Made by a program: the position numbers and the translations under genes
Notes under the pieces: model-generated
What the model saw: only the letters and a program-made list of their open reading frames with translations
What the model was told of the DNA's origin: nothing
Database searches by the model: none
In this document: piece by piece, positions 1-8,263 of the stretch
How the letters are laid out: each line of letters starts with the position of its first letter
Numbering within the stretch: the stretch's first letter is position 1
Source: a virus
Taxonomy: Duplodnaviria > Caudoviricetes
Virus record (IMG/VR): IMGVR_UViG_3300020045_006286
Coordinates: 1-35,886 of that record
Strand: one strand, 5' to 3'
Length of the DNA: 35,886 nt

Positions 1-440
1 CAGGCGAAACCGAAGATGTGGAAACCGTCACGGTGAACGTAGAGCCAGAAGACAAGCGTTACACCGGGTTGACCGGCTGGATTCGCAAGCTGTTGGGTAA
101 CTCGGAAATGAGCTTTGACCAGATCAGCGAAGGCCTGCGCGCTCTGGTGCCAAAAGACGCCTATGTGCGCGAGGTGTTCCCGCGCTATTTCATTTGGGTT
201 GACTACGCCACAGACAAGCTCTACAGCCAAGACTATTCAATCAGTTCTGAAGGCTCCGTAGCATCCACAAGCGCACCAATCGAGGTAACTCGCAAGGTGG
301 AATATGAACCGATTACCAACCATGAAAAAGGAAACTACGTGAAAACTCACATCCTGGCCGCGCTCAATACAGCCGGTATCAGCGTGACGGGACTGGATGA
401 CACCCAGCTTCTGACCGCTTACAACGCCTTGCTGGTTGAG
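1..440 (+). pseudogene. Inverted middle/C-terminal part of the DUF2213-like head protein gene (GETEDVETVT...LLTAYNALL)
   Basis: Frame is open from the window edge and reads as the expected continuation of the - strand ORF starting at 959; beyond ~440 the + frame is simply antisense to that gene. Confidence 0.65.
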
Positions 441-959
441 AAGAATGGCAAGGTGGTCATAGCGCAGGTTGCACGCCACGCTGGTGTACTTCTTGCCCAT
501 GCTCTCGCCGTTGGCCTTGATCTCGTCCAGCATCAGGCCGGTGCTGACGTGAATCGGCTCGGCATTCGTTCCGGCGATGGCAGCATCCAGGCGCTCAATC
601 AGCTTCGCGCCGTCCGGGTGCGCTTTCGCCTGGGCTTCGTTGACAACGACATCGGCCAGCGTGCGGCCTGATTCATGGCGGGCGTTGCGCACATAGGAGC
701 CTATCCAGGCGGTAGACAGGGCTTCGCCATTCAAGGCGCTTATGTGCTGGCCTGCTGCGTTCTTCGGGTGACCTGCGGGCGCTGGCTTGCCTTCCAGTGA
801 GGCAACACCCGCCGCGAGCTGGTCGGCCCCATACAGGCGCGAGTTCATGACGATGTTGTCGGTTGCTCCGCAAACATTCTTGATCGTGTAGGTGCTCCCC
901 GACTTGCTGACGTTTGCCGCGTTGACCGCGCTCAGGATGTGAACCCGCTTTTGTTTCAT
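425..959 (-). CDS. Head protein, DUF2213-like (putative prohead protease/scaffold), N-terminal half; broken at ~430 by inversion
   Basis: Motifs APAGHP, HVSTGL, YDHLAILL; SD GAGGT upstream; lies after the MuF-like gene. The track's extension to 237 is antisense read-through. Confidence 0.75.
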
Positions 960-983
960 GCCGTACCTCTTGAAGATGCGGCC

Positions 984-993
984 ATGCTAGGAA
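984..993 (-). promoter_or_regulatory. Putative late promoter motif TTCC-TAGCAT
   Basis: Motif recurs upstream of portal, terS and the terL-portal interval. Confidence 0.5.
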
Positions 994-1035
994 GGAGCGC
1001 GAAGGCGTGATTTATTTTCTGTTTATTTGTTTAAT

Positions 1036-1067
1036 TTGCTTGTGTTACTGATTATTTGATATACACT
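1036..1067 (+). promoter_or_regulatory. Putative sigma70 promoter for the opposite-strand insert
   Basis: AT-rich stretch with TTGTGT-N16-TACACT ahead of ORF 1101. Confidence 0.4.
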
Positions 1068-1100
1068 ATAGGCACACCAACAGACAACCGGAAGCACAAA

Positions 1101-1316
1101 ATGACACGCCCACACACCACCGCGATGATCTGCGAAAACACAGACGGATACTTTGTGGCGTTTTTGGACAATGGCGGCGTACGTGTTGGGTTGCGTGGAT
1201 GCACCTGCTACGACTTTCCAGTTAATCACAAGGACTTCAAACGCTGCACACAATTGACCATTGATACCGTCGAGGACGCGCACGACGAATTCACTGGACG
1301 CTACTGCTTCAACTAA
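1101..1316 (+). CDS. Hypothetical protein (first gene of insert)
   Basis: ATG after GGAAG, downstream of AT-rich promoter, followed by hairpin GCCCTTCGGGGC. Confidence 0.6.
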   Translation: MTRPHTTAMICENTDGYFVAFLDNGGVRVGLRGCTCYDFPVNHKDFKRCTQLTIDTVEDAHDEFTGRYCFN

Positions 1317-1343
1317 ATCAACCGCCCTTCGGGGCTTTGGAGA

Positions 1344-1532
1344 ATGAAAATGGAAGCGCTAAAACAGGAGCTTGCTGAAATTGTCAAGAAGCAATCAGAC
1401 ATGAGAGAAAAGCACATGAACAAATATCGCAACGGTTCAGCAACTCGCGCTCAGACAACAACGCTCAATGCCAATATTGGCAGACTTCAAGAGCGTGCTG
1501 TGTGGCTTCGAAGCGAGATAAAGAAAGCATGA
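1344..1532 (+). CDS. Hypothetical coiled-coil protein
   Basis: GGAG upstream; ATGA overlap with next ORF. Confidence 0.65.
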   Translation: MKMEALKQELAEIVKKQSDMREKHMNKYRNGSATRAQTTTLNANIGRLQERAVWLRSEIKKA

Positions 1533-1699
1533 CCGGCGGCAAACGCGAAGGCGCTGGCCGTCCGGTAGGCACCAAGAAAGAACCGACAAAACCAGTCATG
1601 ATGCGCCTGATTGAGCCCCACCGGGTGAAATTCAAGGAGCTTGGCGGGGTTTACTGGCTGCGTCGATATTTGGATGAACAGATCAACAAGGGGAAGTGA
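1529..1699 (+). CDS. Small DNA-binding protein (GGKREGAGRP motif, RHH-like)
   Basis: MTGGKREGAGRP N-terminus typical of small phage regulators; coupled on both sides. Confidence 0.7.
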   Translation: MTGGKREGAGRPVGTKKEPTKPVMMRLIEPHRVKFKELGGVYWLRRYLDEQINKGK

Positions 1700-1938
1700 T
1701 GGATAAAGAAGAATGCGGCACGTGTAAGTTTTGGTCAAGCGAAGATGTTAGCGGCGATCCAATTGGAAAATGCAGGAGGTTCCCGCCATCCACGATTGAC
1801 CCGACATGGTCGATCCAGTGCACCTCTGAAGGAGATGACGCCAAATACCCGGAAAGTTGCGCCGGATGGTGGGTTCACCCGGCAACATATGGAGATGACT
1901 GGTGCGGTGAATTCAAGCCGATTGACCCCGCCCCATAG
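1696..1938 (+). CDS. Cys-rich hypothetical phage protein
   Basis: CxxCxFW...GxCRRFPP...DWCGEF pattern; GTGA overlap. Confidence 0.7.
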   Translation: MMDKEECGTCKFWSSEDVSGDPIGKCRRFPPSTIDPTWSIQCTSEGDDAKYPESCAGWWVHPATYGDDWCGEFKPIDPAP

Positions 1939-1955
1939 TCGCCCTATAGTCAGGG

Positions 1956-2144
1956 ATGACCGACAAAATCCCAATCCACCCCACCACCCTATCCATCATG
2001 GGCGCATTCGTGCGACAACAGCGCGAGGACGCTATCAAAAGCGACTTTGAGAAAGCAATGGATGCCGTTGGACTCAAGCCGCCAATTGCGCCTTCTGCCA
2101 CGCTAGGTGCTCAGCGGCCATTGAAGCCTTCAGACGATCAGTAA
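1956..2144 (+). CDS. Hypothetical protein
   Basis: Last ORF of the insert; overlaps the 3' end of the MuF-like gene convergently. Confidence 0.4.
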   Translation: MTDKIPIHPTTLSIMGAFVRQQREDAIKSDFEKAMDAVGLKPPIAPSATLGAQRPLKPSDDQ

Positions 2145-2985
2145 GAATAGGTTTGCCATCTGCATCAAGCAGGCAGCTTGCGATACTACAGTGACACGCG
2201 TAGCGATTTCCATTCACAGAATAGAACTGCTTGACTTCCTCGCGGGTGTAGACCTTTCCGCTTCGTGCCGCATGGTGTGCGCGTGTTGTTGGCAGCAAAG
2301 CACTTGTCCACAGCTCGCCAGTCTTCACACCTAGCGTCTGCTCTGCATATTCATCTTCCGCCATCCGCGCCTGTCGCAGCGTATCAGTGATGTCGGTCTG
2401 AAGATACAGCATGGCACGACTCTTGCCTATATCCATGCGATCCATGAGTTCGGCTCGAACAGCTTTCGGGTTCTTTCCGTCGATTACTGCCCGCCCTATG
2501 ATCTGCGATAGCTCGGCCTTTTGGGTCGCAGCCAGTCCGGTCCAATGCTCGTAGGATTTGATCTGAGCCATCGCCAGCCGGGTTTGATACGGTGCGCTGT
2601 AAATCACCTGTTCGAGCGTCCTGGCTGCTGCGTAACTGGCTGACAAATTCGTCAGATTCGCCACGGTCTGCGCTGCTCCAAGCTGGGCCGCGTCGTCCAC
2701 GTAACCGCTGTACCAAAACACGTTGGCCGGGTCTTTGGCGACAATCCAGCGCTCATAGGCCAATTGCAGTTCAGACGATAGCGCCTCAAGCTGGGTAGGT
2801 GTCAGGCCATAGAACACCTGTCCATACTCATCGTTTGCAGCATAGACCGGCACGCGGTCAAACGCCGCCAGCACGTCAACCTTTAGACCGGCATATCTGC
2901 GCTTGATCTCTTGGGTAGCACGGCGCATGATGGCCGTGGAGCCTGTGCGGTCGCGGATTGAGCCGGGGATTATGGGGTTAGCCAT
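2074..2985 (-). CDS. Head morphogenesis protein (SPP1 gp7/MuF family)
   Basis: WTSALLPTTRAHHAARSG and CHCS motifs; follows the portal. Confidence 0.85.
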   Translation of the reverse strand: MANPIIPGSIRDRTGSTAIMRRATQEIKRRYAGLKVDVLAAFDRVPVYAANDEYGQVFYGLTPTQLEALSSELQLAYERWIVAKDPANVFWYSGYVDDAAQLGAAQTVANLTNLSASYAAARTLEQVIYSAPYQTRLAMAQIKSYEHWTGLAATQKAELSQIIGRAVIDGKNPKAVRAELMDRMDIGKSRAMLYLQTDITDTLRQARMAEDEYAEQTLGVKTGELWTSALLPTTRAHHAARSGKVYTREEVKQFYSVNGNRYACHCSIASCLLDADGKPILTDRLKASMAAEHLAWQKAQLAA

Positions 2986-3073
2986 GGGCAGGCTGCGGTG
3001 GTATTGGTCTACCATACCACTGGCCTGGTTTGGGTGGCGGTGGAATTGGCCGGGTTAGCTTAACGCTGCTCAT
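2978..3073 (-). CDS. 31-aa proline-rich peptide MSSVKLTRPIPPPPKPGQWYGRPIPPQPAHG
   Basis: ATG overlaps portal stop (ATGA); stop overlaps MuF start (ATGGCTAA); fills the gap exactly. Confidence 0.55.
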   Translation of the reverse strand: MSSVKLTRPIPPPPKPGQWYGRPIPPQPAHG

Positions 3074-4410
3074 GCCGTCACACCAGCAGCCGGGTCGCCC
3101 TCAGTTGGCAAATCAGCCTCAGTAGTACCGCCCTGCTTGTACCCTGTTGCCTTGCGGATTTCCTCGCCTGTAAACGGCATTTCACCCTGCAGACCGGCCT
3201 TGAACATTTCGCCATTGATTGCGGCCATTTCCTTAGCATTGGCAAACTTTTCTTTGTCAGATGGCGCGGCAATGTCTTCAAACTCAACTTCGAATTCTGA
3301 TGGCTCGATGATCCCGATGGCCTGCATACGCCTGATGAATTCCTCAATCATGGGAGTCAGTTCGTTTTCTTGCCGTGACTTACACCTAGCCTGCATGTCG
3401 GCCTTGTCTTCGTCGCTGGCAAGCCTGCCGGTTTGTTGTCCAAAAAGCACGGTGAACGGGATTTGCACCGAAGCACTAAAAAGATTGGCTGCAAGCTGGA
3501 AAGCCCCCGTAGGGTCGCTGGTGTGCGTCTGAAGTACCGCAGTCTTGCCGCCCTGCGTGACGATGGCCGCGTCTTGGTTGCGGTTCAACTTCCTGACCTG
3601 ATCCTCGTGGGCCTGTTTTACGCTGATCTTTTCGCCATTCTCGCCAATGGTTGACGGTGTTGCATCCTTGTCATATTCAAAAGTGATCGTCCTGGCGCTG
3701 TTTTTCAAGTATGACTCAGCCGATCCGCCAGAAACCTTTTCGATGTCTACCAGCGCGTTATACCCAGCCTTAAGCATGGGCACGCCGTCGAACATATCAC
3801 CCACACTTCCCTCTGCCATGATCTGCACGCGACTGGGGTGTACGTCTTGCCACTCCATTGGTGCGCCCTGCTGATCAACATCAGTCAATCGGCGCGCCTT
3901 GTACTGATACATGAGAGGCTTGCCGTAGTCCTCGCTTGTCATGTCGGTATTCCACAGCGCGACGGTCAATTGGTCCTCGTACACTGGTACGATGTCAACC
4001 AGGCGCTGCGCAAGCTCTAAGGGCTCTCGCAAAGCCTTGCTGTCGGCCACGCGGTAAATCAGCGCGGCATACCTGCCCACCATGTTGCGCCTGTCAAAGT
4101 CGCGCAGCTTATGCCACGCACGCACTGAGCGCAACACCTGTGCTGTTTTCTTTTCCCATGGCGTTTCTTTGTCAGCCTTGGGCTGCTTGATGCGCGGTTT
4201 TCCTTGCCAGCAGCCATCCAGAAGCCTATGAACTGCCCCATGCCCTGCCCCGCCTCGCTCATAGGCTGCGAGCATCTTTTGAAACGGGATTTGATCGGGA
4301 TAGCCGTAAATCTGCCACGCTTCTGGCCGCTTTGTGTCAAGGGCGCTGCCTAGCAGATCCTCTCGGGCTCGGATGATGTCGATTTCGTTGGCTGTGAATG
4401 TTTGGCTCAT
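3070..4410 (-). CDS. Portal protein (DUF1073-like)
   Basis: 446 aa between terL and MuF; VHPSRV and IPFTVLFGQQTGRLASDED motifs. Confidence 0.88.
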   Translation of the reverse strand: MSQTFTANEIDIIRAREDLLGSALDTKRPEAWQIYGYPDQIPFQKMLAAYERGGAGHGAVHRLLDGCWQGKPRIKQPKADKETPWEKKTAQVLRSVRAWHKLRDFDRRNMVGRYAALIYRVADSKALREPLELAQRLVDIVPVYEDQLTVALWNTDMTSEDYGKPLMYQYKARRLTDVDQQGAPMEWQDVHPSRVQIMAEGSVGDMFDGVPMLKAGYNALVDIEKVSGGSAESYLKNSARTITFEYDKDATPSTIGENGEKISVKQAHEDQVRKLNRNQDAAIVTQGGKTAVLQTHTSDPTGAFQLAANLFSASVQIPFTVLFGQQTGRLASDEDKADMQARCKSRQENELTPMIEEFIRRMQAIGIIEPSEFEVEFEDIAAPSDKEKFANAKEMAAINGEMFKAGLQGEMPFTGEEIRKATGYKQGGTTEADLPTEGDPAAGVTA

Positions 4411-4416
4411 GCCCTC

Positions 4417-4426
4417 ATGCTACGAA
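4417..4426 (-). promoter_or_regulatory. Putative late promoter TTCG-TAGCAT, portal ATG 6 nt downstream
   Basis: Recurring motif; spacing puts +1 at the ATG. Confidence 0.45.
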
Positions 4427-4429
4427 GCC

Positions 4430-4790
4430 ACGGCTATGCCGGGTGACCTAGTGAAGTCACATTCTCCATTGATGCTGTTCTTCTGTCAGTCCATCAACCA
4501 AGTGCACAGGGTGGGCAGGTCATCGCAATATCGGCACAGGCTGTCACATTCCGGCTATTGCTGTTCTGGTCGCCTTACCAACGCCAGAACGTCACGGTGG
4601 GTCGTTCCGTGGCGCGTGTTTCTTGAGTGCTGCCCATACAGGCCGGTTCGCTGTGTCAATGCGCGCTCTGACGATGGAAACAAAAAGCCTCTAGGCTCAA
4701 GTTTCCACGGCGCAATCGTGATGCCATTTAAGGCAGAAACTTGAAGCTAGAGGCTTCTGGTGACTATTGTAAAACGATTGCGCCGTTTGA
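4430..4790 (-). ncRNA. Putative structured RNA(s) between terL and portal
   Basis: No credible - strand ORF in ~420 bp; ~24-bp hairpin with U-tract (4683-4758) and stems GTTCTGG/CCAGAAC, CACGG/CCGTG, GTGAC/GTCAC, TTGATG/CATCAA. Confidence 0.5.
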
Positions 4791-4834
4791 CACAAGCAAT
4801 GTTAGGAAGACACAAAAACAACACGGGACGGTGG

Positions 4835-6232
4835 CTAGGTGAAGATACCAGCCTGCGGCCTCAGTAGTGCGTTGAATCCACGGCTTGTAGCGTCTATCTG
4901 GTCATCGTATTGACCGTTTGGAAACAGCCGCGCCTCTTCGATGTACGCATCATTCCATGGGCCTTTGAGCAACAGCACGTTACCAACATTGATTTGACTA
5001 GATAGCGGGGTTGATCGGACAACCTTATCTCCGGTCTCGGTACTGAAATGAAGGCTATGCCCGGTAAGAAGTTTGGCAAAGGCCAGAACCTGAGATTTGC
5101 CAGCCTGCCCTGGGTCTTGTGGGATTGACTGCTTGAATCTGTCGCGGTCAGCCGTGTTTTTCATAAGCGCATCGCGCTCGTGCGACTCGAACTTTTCCCG
5201 GCGCATGTCGGCAATGATGTAGCGTCCATCGGACAGCCTGCCGACCTTTGCCCCTGCCGTGTAATCTCCTTTCAGCGTTGCGCCCAAGTCCCACCCCCTG
5301 CACCACTCAACAACATTGGCCGGGATAGAGTCAACAATTGGTATCATGTCGGGCTTGATGATCCCGCCATCCGGTGGTGCTGGTTTTTGTCGGTACTGGC
5401 CTGCAAACACATATGGCGCGGCCTTTTCCATGCGCTCAAGGTCTGCTGCGCTGTGTTTTTCAGGCCATAGCGGCGTTCCATCTTCATTCCACACGGGGAT
5501 GCAGACATGCTCCCATATCTCGCCATTGCCGCCCGGCTCAATTCCTGGTTTATCACCCAACAGCCAGCCGGACAGGTCTTTTTCATGCAGGCGCTGCATG
5601 ATCACGATAATTGGCGTATCAGGGCTGTTTTTCCGGCTTTCCAGCGTGTTCTGAAACCAGTCAATGACGTTCTGGCGCATCACGTCCGAACGGGCCTCAT
5701 CTGCCTTATGGGGATCATCCAAAATTATGGCCCCGGCAAAGCCCGGCCTGTGCTTACCCGCTCCAAACCCGGTAATCGTGCCGCCTGTGCCCGTGGCGTA
5801 CATCACACCGCCTGCTGCTGTCTTCCAATGGGCTTGTGCATCACTGGATAAATGCATGTCAGGGAAAATCTCGGCATAGGCCTCGTGCTGCACAACGCCA
5901 CGCACCGCTGCACTGTTATTGATTGCCAGCGTACCAGAATAGCTGGCATGGATAAATTCCGAGTCTGGAACTTTGCCAAAGCACCATGCAATGAAGCTGA
6001 CAACGGCTAATTCTGTCTTGCTGTAGCGCGGTGGCACATTGATGATCAGGCGTTTGCACTCGCCTCGGTAAACCCGCATGAGTGCGTCACAGATGATTTC
6101 GTGCTGTCGGGCCTGTTGCCATGCAAAGCCTTTGCGCTGCAGAAACATCCAGCGGCTAAACGGGTAGATATTCTCCCTTGAGTGCCCGACTGCAGCAAGC
6201 CTCTCGGCTGGGCTAAAACTTGCTTTGGACAC
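4835..6232 (-). CDS. terL: Terminase large subunit
   Basis: Walker A PPRYSKT, Walker B IILDDP, nuclease motifs GWDLG and DDQIDA. Confidence 0.95.
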   Translation of the reverse strand: MSKASFSPAERLAAVGHSRENIYPFSRWMFLQRKGFAWQQARQHEIICDALMRVYRGECKRLIINVPPRYSKTELAVVSFIAWCFGKVPDSEFIHASYSGTLAINNSAAVRGVVQHEAYAEIFPDMHLSSDAQAHWKTAAGGVMYATGTGGTITGFGAGKHRPGFAGAIILDDPHKADEARSDVMRQNVIDWFQNTLESRKNSPDTPIIVIMQRLHEKDLSGWLLGDKPGIEPGGNGEIWEHVCIPVWNEDGTPLWPEKHSAADLERMEKAAPYVFAGQYRQKPAPPDGGIIKPDMIPIVDSIPANVVEWCRGWDLGATLKGDYTAGAKVGRLSDGRYIIADMRREKFESHERDALMKNTADRDRFKQSIPQDPGQAGKSQVLAFAKLLTGHSLHFSTETGDKVVRSTPLSSQINVGNVLLLKGPWNDAYIEEARLFPNGQYDDQIDATSRGFNALLRPQAGIFT

Positions 6233-6782
6233 TTCGCACCGCTGCCGCCAACTCTTCGGGTGTGATGTTGGTGTGCATCATTGGCCCGCCATTCTTGCCC
6301 GTCATCTCCACCTTGTCGGTGAACATGCCAAGGTGCTTACCAATATCAACCAGTGCTGCGCGTTTGTCGTGAAATTTCACCTTCAGGCCTTGTTTCGACT
6401 CTGACACCTCAGATATGGCCGCTGCTGTTTCGTCGTCAATCTCATCAGATGCAAGCATTGCTAGACCGTGGGCAATCACCATTTCGCCCGATAGATCATT
6501 AAGGACGGCCATGGAATCGCCCCACCTAACAGCCTTGCGAATGTCAGAAAACCCAATCTTGGCAAGCTCTCGCAAAACCATGTCTTGGGTAATTTCGGTT
6601 CTTACCTCGCGGCGGTGCATGGCTTCCTGCAAAGCACTCTGAACCATAACATTTGATAACAGGCGGGCCGATTGTTCTTGTGCGGTCTTTGGGCTATACC
6701 CAGCCCGCACCGCTGCCTGAGTCGCATTCAGGTCAATCAGGTACTCGGCTACAAATCGCGCTTGCTTTTGGGTTATGGGCAT
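6213..6782 (-). CDS. terS: Terminase small subunit
   Basis: QARFVAEYLIDLNATQAAVRAGYS motif; KHLGMF. Confidence 0.95.
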   Translation of the reverse strand: MPITQKQARFVAEYLIDLNATQAAVRAGYSPKTAQEQSARLLSNVMVQSALQEAMHRREVRTEITQDMVLRELAKIGFSDIRKAVRWGDSMAVLNDLSGEMVIAHGLAMLASDEIDDETAAAISEVSESKQGLKVKFHDKRAALVDIGKHLGMFTDKVEMTGKNGGPMMHTNITPEELAAAVRSVQSKF

Positions 6783-6788
6783 AAACCC

Positions 6789-6799
6789 ATGCTACGGAA
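6789..6799 (-). promoter_or_regulatory. Putative late promoter TTCCG-TAGCAT, terS ATG 6 nt downstream
   Basis: Recurring motif; no SD before terS. Confidence 0.45.
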
Positions 6800-6935
6800 G
6801 AAACCAAGCACCCTTAAGGACTCACGCTTTCGCGCAGGGTGCATGCCTTTCACGACACATGGTCGGTTCGTGTACGTTGGAGAGGCCCCATTTACGCCCG
6901 TGGAGCCGCGCACCATGCTTGCGCAAATGACCGGG

Positions 6936-7403
6936 CTAACTGACCAATGCTTTGAATTTCGTGCTCATCGTTTTGTAGCCGTTGGTCGGCTTCGGTGGCT
7001 TCTGTTTTGCCCTTCGTGCGATCTCGCGCTCTTTGTATTCCTGCGTCTCTGACTCAATGATATGGACACAACGGGTTATTCCATCCGTGCGCTCCACCTT
7101 CAAAATCTTGCGCTTGCCAACAACTTGAGTTGTCTTGATGGCAATCGGAGTAAAAGCCATATCCCAAACGGATGCCGGACCTTTAACCGTGACCGGCGCA
7201 GCCTCCGTGGCACTCACTGTGCGCTGAATGATCGGCTTGTGAATCCATGGATCATCGTCTTCATCGACAAACTCCGTTCGGATAGTCAGCGTGAAACTTA
7301 GCTGCTCTCCGATTGGCTGATAAAACCCTTTGCTGCATGGCCTGCGCCTGGCTCTAACCTTGCAGCCTGGGGGCAATTCGTCGAACAGTGCGATTTGGTG
7401 CAT
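6936..7403 (-). CDS. Hypothetical protein
   Basis: 155-aa ORF co-oriented with the operon; no recognised family. Confidence 0.6.
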   Translation of the reverse strand: MHQIALFDELPPGCKVRARRRPCSKGFYQPIGEQLSFTLTIRTEFVDEDDDPWIHKPIIQRTVSATEAAPVTVKGPASVWDMAFTPIAIKTTQVVGKRKILKVERTDGITRCVHIIESETQEYKEREIARRAKQKPPKPTNGYKTMSTKFKALVS

Positions 7404-7497
7404 AGGCGTTCCAAGAGGTTAAAATACAACCTCCTGAATCGTCTTGCTAGAAATGCCCCTGTACTTTGGTCGGTCTGGGGCTTTTCTTTTGGCTAAC

Positions 7498-7698
7498 TCA
7501 TATTCGACCAGTCTCTAGCTTTGTAGCCTCACCAGACAGCACCATAGCTGATCCAATGAGTTGATTTGCCAGCGCCTTAATCGAGTCATCCTCGCCCAGG
7601 TAGTGTCTGATATCCGTGGCGCTTTCCATCATGTCGCTCGCAATCTTCCGCAGGCCATTGGCTATGTCTGCGGGTGATTTGTCTATGTGGCCGGTCAT
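7498..7698 (-). CDS. Hypothetical protein
   Basis: SD GAGGT, ATGA overlap. Confidence 0.7.
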   Translation of the reverse strand: MTGHIDKSPADIANGLRKIASDMMESATDIRHYLGEDDSIKALANQLIGSAMVLSGEATKLETGRI

Positions 7699-7907
7699 GA
7701 TTTACCTCTTGCGCGGATGGCATCTGAAAGGTCATCAGAATCGAGTAGCCATCCTTCGATTGCGTACCACTGCGCAATATCCTCGCGCTCTGTTGCTGCA
7801 ACAAGGTTTGCAAAATTAACCAGCTCTTGAAATGTGCAAATCACATCTGTGCACATGCCATGTATACCGGCCTCTTTCGCCATCCTGATGATGTCTTCTG
7901 GTTTCAT
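7695..7907 (-). CDS. Hypothetical protein (IIRMAKEAG...FANLVAA.ERE pattern)
   Basis: Small phage ORF pattern; ATGA overlap; SD GGAG. Confidence 0.75.
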   Translation of the reverse strand: MKPEDIIRMAKEAGIHGMCTDVICTFQELVNFANLVAATEREDIAQWYAIEGWLLDSDDLSDAIRARGKS

Positions 7908-8263
7908 GACATAGACTCCCCAATGACTGCGGCGCAACGCAATACTGCCAATCTGGCTGCGGCTCTTTTACTTATTCCGCAAGGGTATAGACTCCAATAC
8001 TCACGCATAACGGGCAATCGGATGTCTGCGGCTGCTGTAGCAGTTACATACGACATTGATCCAGCCAAATGCCAACGCACCTCAATGTTTAGGTAAACCT
8101 CCAGCCGCCGAGAGTCGCCATCGTCGTCTTCTGGATGCCACCAAGCGCCACGTCTACCGTCTGAATCAACGTGTATCCATGCATCCATGTCTTCGACATA
8201 AAGCAGGCCTCCATGGACCTTAGCGGACATTTCAAGCAAGTGGCGTAATTCTTCTGGTTTCAT
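7904..8263 (-). CDS. Hypothetical protein
   Basis: ATGA overlaps at both ends; W.P.DDDGDSRRL motif. Confidence 0.75.
   Translation of the reverse strand: MKPEELRHLLEMSAKVHGGLLYVEDMDAWIHVDSDGRRGAWWHPEDDDGDSRRLEVYLNIEVRWHLAGSMSYVTATAAADIRLPVMREYWSLYPCGISKRAAARLAVLRCAAVIGESMS

Noticed and set aside
18-671. 217-aa + ORF and the full 240-aa - ORF 237..959 as real overlapping genes
   Set aside because: Each is half real and half antisense read-through across the inversion junction
3070-4410. Possible anti-CBASS (Acb1) label sometimes attached to DUF1073 proteins
   Set aside because: Size, motifs and position between terL and MuF indicate a portal; no paired HxT/S phosphoesterase motifs were noticed
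4334-4744. 136-aa + strand ORF in the terL-portal gap
   Set aside because: Antisense to the late operon, overlaps the portal, no SD, Arg/Ser/Cys-rich shadow composition
5840-5849. 10-nt complementarity between the tRNA-like D-loop insert (ATCACTGGAT) and terL mRNA
   Set aside because: A 10-mer match is expected by chance in a window of this size
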